A DNA stretch of 41,158 bases from Hyphochytrium catenoides (taxonomy: Eukaryota; Protista; Hyphochytriomycota), in contig FLMG01003107.1 in the NCBI GenBank assembly GCA_900088475.1, forward strand, positions 1 to 41,158. Reading direction: 5' to 3'. Below, in pieces: positions 33,701 to 41,158 of the stretch (positions within the stretch are counted from its first letter, which is position 1; the number at the start of each line of letters is the position of its first letter). Below the pieces are notes generated by a model. That model had not been told where the DNA came from. It saw only the letters and a list, made by a program, of their open reading frames with translations, and ran no database searches. The position numbers and the translations under genes are program-made.

Positions 33701-34463
33701 TTAGTTGACAAAGACTCTCCCTCTCTCTCTACCTTCCTGTCTCTTCGCAGGACAGACATGCTTCACTCTATGAGTGCTACATCTTTGAGGTTCTATACTG
33801 CCTTTCTCATTTCCTTCTCTCTCTCTCAATTCTCTCTCTTCCTTTCTCTTCTCTTGCGCTCTCGTTCTGCATATTTTCCATTCCCTCCTTGAGTTGATGA
33901 CTTTGTCCCTTCTTCACAACTGAGGGGTTCTATCTTTTGCTGTCAACATACCAAGCTCTCTAAGAAAATGCCTAGCCGAGTCTTCAGATAGAGTGCCATT
34001 CCTCTTGATAAACTTCTGTAGATCCCCTCCGCCACAATATTCAAGGATGAGATAGATGTTTCGCTCAGTTTTCTGTGAAGGACAGCAGAGACTCAGTGCC
34101 TGCCATCACTGCTGCATATGCACTCAGGCTATCGCGGCTCTTCACCTTGATATCATAGAGTTTCACGATGTTTGGGTGCTGGAAGTTTCTAAGGATTGAG
34201 ATCTCCGACTCTAAGTTTTCTTGCAGCTTCTTATTCAGCCGATCTCGACTTATAGCCTTGATAGCTACCTCCTGGAGAGTATCCTTGTGATGGCCCTTGT
34301 AGACCTAGAAAGTGAGATGTGAGCGGCAATAACTTGGCGCTATTTTGGCCATAGGCTGAAGTTGTGCAGGACAGGGCAGCCGTTGAAGGCGAACTCTTAC
34401 CACTGCAAAGGACCCTTGGCCTATCTTTCCAGTGACGACATATTCGCCTACCGAACGGCTCAT
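30779..34463 (-). CDS. ATG1: Autophagy serine/threonine kinase ATG1/ULK, about 9 exons
   Basis: Spliced kinase domain: IGQGSFAV|[60 protein letters not shown]|[22 protein letters not shown]|..[13 protein letters not shown]. Then a Ser/Pro-rich linker with an AIM (DNDFVLV) and a helical C-terminal region resembling the tandem MIT domain. Confidence 0.92.
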
Positions 34464-35046
34464 GTCTACCGCTCTCAGCTAGAGCACTTAAGCTATATCC
34501 GCTACCGAAAGGCTAGGATACCGAGTAATGATCTGCGCTGCCCATTCTACTCCACATTGCAGGGAGAAGAATACGTTGGCGGCAGCGCAGGTTCAACAAT
34601 TGACTTATCCTCTCCGGAGGCAGGAAAAATTTCGTCTGTGTGAGCAAACGCCAAATGTACAAGATAGGGAACTCTGCGATGTTCCAGGCCACAGACACTC
34701 AATGCTCGCCCCTGCAAACTCCCACACAGCCGGGAGCTATTGCGTTTTTCAAGCTCCGTCAAGAGGTCTCCGATCTCTGTCTGGGAGGCAATTTTCTGTG
34801 CATTTCGGTCTCTGAAATTTACAAAGGAGACTTTTTGCCCAGAACTCTTCTCAGCTATCCAGAACATAACAAGATCAATAACTAAATAAATTACAATTTA
34901 TGCTGAATAACGTTACAGGAGTGAATGTTGTGAGGAAATCGGTTATTTGGGCCTGGCCTGCCTCTTGCCACCTATTCCTATTCCGCCTGGGGTGACACAG
35001 CTAAGAATAACCACGGATAGGTCCTGTAGATTCGCCGCCCGAGGCG

Positions 35047-38000
35047 TCAGATTTTTCTTCTGTTGGCGTTGCCGCGGCGCGGGCTGCTGGTCAGAAGCTT
35101 CCGCATCCCTTTCTGCGCCTGCGCCATCGGGACCAACAGCCAGCAGCAGATAGAGACGCGGCATTGGGGACGAGGAGGAACAGACGAGAGGTGTGAGAAG
35201 AGAGAGAGAGAGAAGTTTTGATGGAGAAAAGGGAGAGAGAGAGAGATGGCAATGGATGTTTCAAATGGATGAGACAGCGGAAGAGATAAAGATAGTTGTA
35301 GAGGTTGAGTGCAGGTTTTGGTCAGTGAAGCGGCATGGTAACTGGGAGATGAACAGGCATTTGAGGCCACACGGAAGCTTGATCAATACGCAGCGAAATA
35401 TAGGATCAGAAGTAAGGAAGGCTGGACCAAAGGAAAGAACAAGCAGGAAAGGATGCTTGTGAACAGTAAACAAATAATGGACATGAAGGCTCCGACGTCA
35501 TGCAAGTGGAAGCAGCTGAACAGAGCTACCATGCGTCCTACCTGGAAGAAAGCTAGGGAGTCTGGGTTCTCCGAGCAGACTTTTGCCATTTCCATCTGCT
35601 CAAACTTCTCTCCGTCATCAAGCGGGTCATCCTCCTCTTCTTCCTGCATCAGCAAGGCGCTTCTGCCACCCTTGCCCGGACTCCTCCCGGGGCTGGGAGA
35701 GATGGCAGAAGGGTCTGCGTTCGCCTTGTACCACGCTTCAAATTGCTCCAAGAGTTGTGCCTTGGTGCTGGAAACCTGTCGGTCTAGATGCTGCAGCTCG
35801 TTTCTGAGGACATGTAGGTCTTCGTAGCCTTGGCGGTAGGATTTCTGTGTGGACGTTGCGTTTAGAAGGAAATAACTGTTAGCTGCTCCGGCCAACGTGA
35901 GAGATAGATGAAGTTTGAAGAACGAAGGCCTCTAAGCGATAGGGTGAGAAAAAGAAGAACCTGAAGAGAGAGAAAAGAGTGAGAGAGAAAGGAAAAAGAG
36001 TAAGCGAGAGGAGGAAGAGAAGGGAGCGATAGAAAGTTTGAAAGAGAGGAGAGAAAACCAACTAAATAGAGAAAAGTGACAGACAGAGAGCAACGAAGCC
36101 CTTAGAAGACCGGAGCAAGAGGGGCAAGTGATATCCAGGTAAAGAGTGAAGGAAAGCGGTACTTTGACCGAACAGACAGGCGGAGAAGTGGACCTAAGAA
36201 GTAAAAGGTTGTTCACTGCACACCTTAGCCTGTCGTTCAAGCTTGATGAGCCTGAACTCTTCCTCATCGATGATCTCGTCAGCCTCCATTCCGTCAATGC
36301 TCTCTTCAATCCTAGAGCAGAGAGCGAGAGAGAAGCTAAGACAATGCTATATGATATCCCTGTGGCTGAGACCAGTTACGCGAGACAAAGAGACAGAGCG
36401 TCTGTCTTCTGAAGAGAGACTTCTTTCGAGGCGAAAGCGAAGTCGAAGGCAAGGTCATACTTCCTCATTCTCTTCTTCTCCTCTATCTGCGCCTTCAGAT
36501 CGTCTATCTCTCTCTTCGCCTCATTCACGCCAGCTGTCACGCTCTTGACCCTCTGTCTCACGCTGGAGGCCTTCTCCTTTAGCTGAGTGAGCTGCTCTGC
36601 CAGTGTTGAGCCTTCTGAGGCTTTATACTGACGGAAAGCTTTGTTCTTGTCAGCTGGGATGCTGTCCTCAAACGCTGAGAGATACGAAAAGAGAATGACA
36701 AGGAAAGTTAGGTCATTAGATAGCGGAGAAAGGAGAGAAGGGTGGAAAAAGAAGGGCTCTAAGCCAAGAGAGAAAAAGAGACAACGAGGCAGATGACGTC
36801 TTCTTACCTTCTCTACCGCCTGCCTTGCTTCGCGCACCCGGTGATAAGTCTCTCCGCGCTGTACGGGGTGAAGGACTGACCGCTAGCGGGCTTCCAGGTA
36901 GATCCCCAGCACTGAAAGGAGAGAAGGAGGAGCGACACAGGGCGAAAACGAATCTAACGGTCAGCGGACTAGTCTCCCACATCGAGAAATGAAAAGATGA
37001 AAGGCATCTTTGGGGTGCTCACTTTCTTGGTCGGCTGCTAAGATCTAAAGCAGCAGGTCGAGCGCCATCTGGAGCCACACCAACAGGAAAGCTGCCTGCA
37101 TTTTCCTCCTCTCCAACCAGCTCCGCACCTCTCTGCTCATTGCGATCTATAGCAGAACCATCCGCTAAGAAGATAAGTCAGCTTGAGCAGAGGAATCCAG
37201 GGCGATAGAGAGAGAGATCGAAGCAGACAAACTGTGGAAGACAGAGGGTAGGGAGTGGAGGCTTGTGGAGGAGGAAGAAGAGAGAGAACCGAGAGAAAGA
37301 ACACGAACTCTAGGAACTTTCAAAGGAGACTGAGATGAAATAGAGGCAGGAGACAGAGAGACGTTTAGAAGGTGATCTACCTGGGAGGTTGGAAGAGGAT
37401 GCTATCATGTCGCCTAGCCTATTCGAAGAACGACTCTGTCCTGACGCTGCTCTACTTTCTGTGTGCCCAAACAAAGCGAGAGAGAAACACGGGTGAGGAA
37501 AAAGAGAGAGAGAGAGAGCAGGCAACAAGTCGACGCGTGAGGGACTGTCTCAAGTCGCAGGGAAAACAGCGAAAGCCGTAGTCTCACCAGCGTTCAGAAC
37601 AAGGGTCTTGAATTGTCTCATAATCTCTTTGATCTGACGCACGCTCTCAAACTGGACGATGGAGTCTTCTTCCTCTAGAAAGTGTTGTCAATATGAGAAG
37701 AAGAAAAGTAAAGGGAACTAAGGGTTCAAGCTGTGGTCTTTTCCTGAACAGAGAGACAGGAGAAAAGAAAGACAGAGGCAAAGAGAAAGAGAGAGAGAGG
37801 GAGTCTACCTGGCTTAGCGTCTATGTACCGCCTCACCGTCTCCATTAGCCTAAACTTCTCCTCTGGCGTGTACTCATCATAAACAACTCCTAACATAGGA
37901 TGACGTTAATTGCAAAGGCTCTTGCAGACAAGAGAAGGAAAGAGAGACCGGCTTTCCCCGGCCCACCCCGCCAAAAAGAGCGTTTGAGAGAGACACACAC

Positions 38001-38748
38001 TCTAGACGTAGACAGACGGAGAAAATAAGAGAGAGAAAAAACAGAGAGAGAGAGAATCTTACCACTCCTGTCAGCTAAAGCGTCATGCATCATCAACTCC
38101 TGCTTAAGGTCCTTGACCTGCTTCTCTAATCGAAGCACCAGCTGCCCCTGATCCATCTCCACTGTCGGCGATGTCTCATTCTGGACTCGCATCATCCTCT
38201 GAGCCAGCTTCAGGGTGGAAATGGACTCCTCGATGTGCTTGGCCTCACCCTGACCGAGGAAGGAGACAGAAGATAACGTTAAGAGACAGCTCCAGAGAGT
38301 AAAAAGGAGAGTACTCTTGTAGGACGATGGGCCACGCCAAAGCAGTGGCAGAGCCCTAAATGAGCCCCTAGCGCTGAGGGAAGACAGTGAGAGACAGGAG
38401 CTCAGGAGCTGAAGAAAGCTAGAGGAGGGATAGATTAAGAGAGAGCTAGAGAAGTGACGCCAGGACAGCAGCCAAGAGCATTACCCAGATACAAGCAACC
38501 ATCAGAGTGTTGCAGTTTCCTCCGAGAGAGTCCTTCAGAATGGCTGTCAGCTTCGTCTGTCGGTAGGGCACGTAGCCCGCGCCTGTCATTATGGAGCAGC
38601 AAAGAAGAAGGGATGGGTGAGAGAGCGAGAACCCAAATGCAAGGAGAGACGCGAAAGGGAGAAGAAAGAAGACAACGTCTGCCCATTTCTAACGCTATTT
38701 AGCTAATATCCTCTCGCTGTTGGTCTCTCTTTTCTGCTTCCTTACTCG

Positions 38749-38780
<32 letters not shown>

Positions 38781-39614
38781 CCCCTCCCTTTCTCTCTCCC
38801 TCTCTGTCTCTCCTCTCTCCCCCTCTCTTTTTCTCTCTCTCTCTCTCTTTTCTGTCTGTGTCTCTCTCTCTCTTTTCCTGATGTTTAACCTTTCTCGTGA
38901 TCTCTCTCTCTCTTCTTTTCGTGGTGGTCCACTCCTCGTCATTAGTCTCCACGTGCTGTCTTTTCTCCCACTTACCGTCCTTCTTGCTCAATGCCACGAT
39001 GCACTGCTCCAGGTAGGTGAGACTCTGGTTGATGTGCATCGACTCTCTCTTTATCATATCATCCGCCGCCTTATCCTCTACGGGACCCTCGGTCATGGTT
39101 TTCTTCAGTCTCTCGCTCCCTGCGAGATCCACCAGGTGCAGTTTGGACCTAAGGACGCGTTCTCTGGGTCCCGTGCGCGGCCGCTGAGAGATGTTCAGAG
39201 TGAAGATGCAGTGACTCCGATTGGAATGCTTGTTCAGCTTGTGCGCCGCTGTGGTCCGATTCGTCTCCCCTAAGAAGAGCTGCAGGACAAGTGAGCCCAG
39301 CAGATAAAGAATATAAAATGGAAGGATTCAAGGAGAGAAGAGAAGAGCATAAGCAAGCAGCCACGTGGAAGGAATGTGGGAGTGTGACCGAGCGGGGCGA
39401 TGACATTAAAAGAGAGAAAAGACACACAGAAGCTAGAACATGGAGAGCGTGCTGATAGAGAGAACGTATTGAATGGGTACTCTACCTGGTCGAGGGCCTC
39501 CTTCTCACTGGTAACTTCCTTTTCTGTCAATCCCTTCACGTATGTTCCTCTGCCTCCCTTCGTGTCTTCCACAATCGTCAGATCGCTGAGAGGAGAGAGA
39601 GAGAGAGGGAGGGA

Positions 39615-39662
<48 letters not shown>

Positions 39663-40634
39663 TAGGGAGATACAGATAGGGAGAGATATAGAAGAGGAAG
39701 ATATTGTTGAGAGCTCAGCTAGACCAAGACTGAACGTCTGGGAAGGTGGAGGCGGGCTAAGAGTAAGGAACTAACAAGAACGAAGCCATGGAGAAAGAAT
39801 GAAAAGGACCAGAGAGAGAGAGAGAGAGAATGCCGGGACAGAGGACGCTAAAGGAAGGACTCTTTCGCACTTTGTTCTGGCTGGGTCCATACTCAGCAGG
39901 TCATAGATGCGCTCGTTGTAGATCTCAAGGTAGGAGACCGTGATCGTGAAGCTGACTTCAACCTTTGACTGAACTTCCTGGAAGATGTGAGCGAGAGCGC
40001 GAGGGGCGATCCCGCGGTGCTGGTAGCTCCTAAGAAGACGTTATAAACGTGTGATGAGACGGAAGAGAAGAATGAACTGAGATGTAGAAAGGATGAGAGA
40101 AACAGCGTAGTCTCATACAAAGAAATTGACTCGCAGAGAAAGAGAGAGAGAGGGACAGAGAAAGAGAGAGAAAGAGAGAGAGAGAGGGGGAGNNNNNNNN
40201 NNNNNNNNNNNNNNNNNNNNNNNNNNNNNNNNNNNNNNNNNNNNGAGAGAGAGAGAGAGACAGACAGAGACAGAGAGACAGAGACAGAGAGAGAGAGAGA
40301 AAACCGGAGGCACATAGAGAGAGCGAGACACGGATATACAGGCAAAAGGGCCCCTAGAACGAGAGAGACAAGAGGGAATAGCTGGGTGTTGTTCCTACCT
40401 TGTATCTCCTATCATGGTGAAGGTCTTGCCGGCCCCTGTCTGGCCGTAAGAGATGAGAGAGCCATTGACTCCGTCGATGGAGCCTTGCACCACATCGCGC
40501 GCCAGCGTGTCATACACAGTCTCCTGGCTTACATTATGCAGAACATTATGGAACTTGAACTTCCAGCTTTCCTACAAATAAAGCAACGCTGTGAGGAGGA
40601 ACTGCTATCGATGGGAGACTCTCTCTCTCTCTCT

Positions 40635-40681
<47 letters not shown>

Positions 40682-40844
40682 TTCTGATGGCCCATACCTT
40701 CTTATTGGACGGTCCCTCCCCTTCTGAGGCTGAAGGGTTTACCACTGTGATTGAGTTCTCATCGGGTTTGATAAGAATCTGAGAAGTAGCAAAGTTGGCT
40801 GTCGGCCTCGTCCTCACCACCACCTTGCAAGGGTTCTTTGGCAT
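35047..40844 (-). CDS. KIF9: Kinesin-9 family motor (KIF9/KLP1-like), multi-exon
   Basis: [14 protein letters not shown]-loop [26 protein letters not shown], switch [51 protein letters not shown]6/KIF9-type C-terminal segments [17 protein letters not shown]|KSYR and DSLAFFQ|AQK. Stop at 35047. Confidence 0.88.
38749..38875. repeat. (CT)n microsatellite in a kinesin intron
   Basis: Directly visible. Confidence 0.85.
39590..39660. repeat. (GA)n microsatellite in a kinesin intron
   Basis: Directly visible. Confidence 0.9.
40135..40300. repeat. (GA)n microsatellite spanning an assembly gap (N at 40193-40243)
   Basis: GA runs flank 51 N inside a kinesin intron. Confidence 0.9.
40618..40680. repeat. 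(CT)n microsatellite in kinesin intron 1
   Basis: Directly visible. Confidence 0.9.
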
Positions 40845-41158
40845 TGTTGACGACCTTCAAGCCGCAATATGCCGGCCCTCGTCTCCCTGGAAGCCTGAGG
40901 TCTCTCTTCCCCTCTATCTTCAAGATAAATTGATCACTGATGACGTGTTGGGCTTGAGGATAAAAACCTAGTGGTAGCGGCGGTGCGGGCCGTCTATAGA
41001 AGAGACATAACTTCGGCGGCAGAGGTGCTGCGAGCAAAGGTTTGAGGACGGAGCTACGGGAGCCAATGGCAAGCAGAGCTCAGAGCTAAATCGAGCAAGA
41101 AGAGGAACGAACAGAATGCCTGAGAGCAGTGAAGAGAGTGAGAACGGCTGATACAGAG

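Overview
Intron-rich eukaryotic DNA with many (GA/CT)n and (CAG)n microsatellites and two N-gaps. A flagellated protist, possibly a stramenopile, is my inference. Recognisable genes: (1) an ER-retained (KDEL) prolyl 4-hydroxylase with an apparent VHL beta-like C-terminal domain (-); (2) an intronless secreted, probably GPI-anchored protein with a Cys-rich head and Gly/Met/Thr pentapeptide repeats (-); (3) an orphan multi-exon gene (-); (4) a 10-exon WDR54-like gene (+); (5) a tandem array of three paralogues with uninterrupted core ORFs (+), each with a disordered NLS-bearing N-terminus, an FG-x-H-x-G nuclease-accessory-like module and a non-canonical CCCH zinc finger, where copy 3 has a homopolymer frameshift and a premature TGA; (6) NOP14 (+); (7) ATG1/ULK kinase (-); (8) a kinesin-9 (KIF9/KLP1-like) with an altered switch I (-). 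The best candidates for undescribed biology are the three-gene FG-H-G/CCCH cluster (19.4-24.3 kb) and the P4H-VHL-like writer/reader fusion. All family assignments come from motif recognition by eye; no database searches were run.
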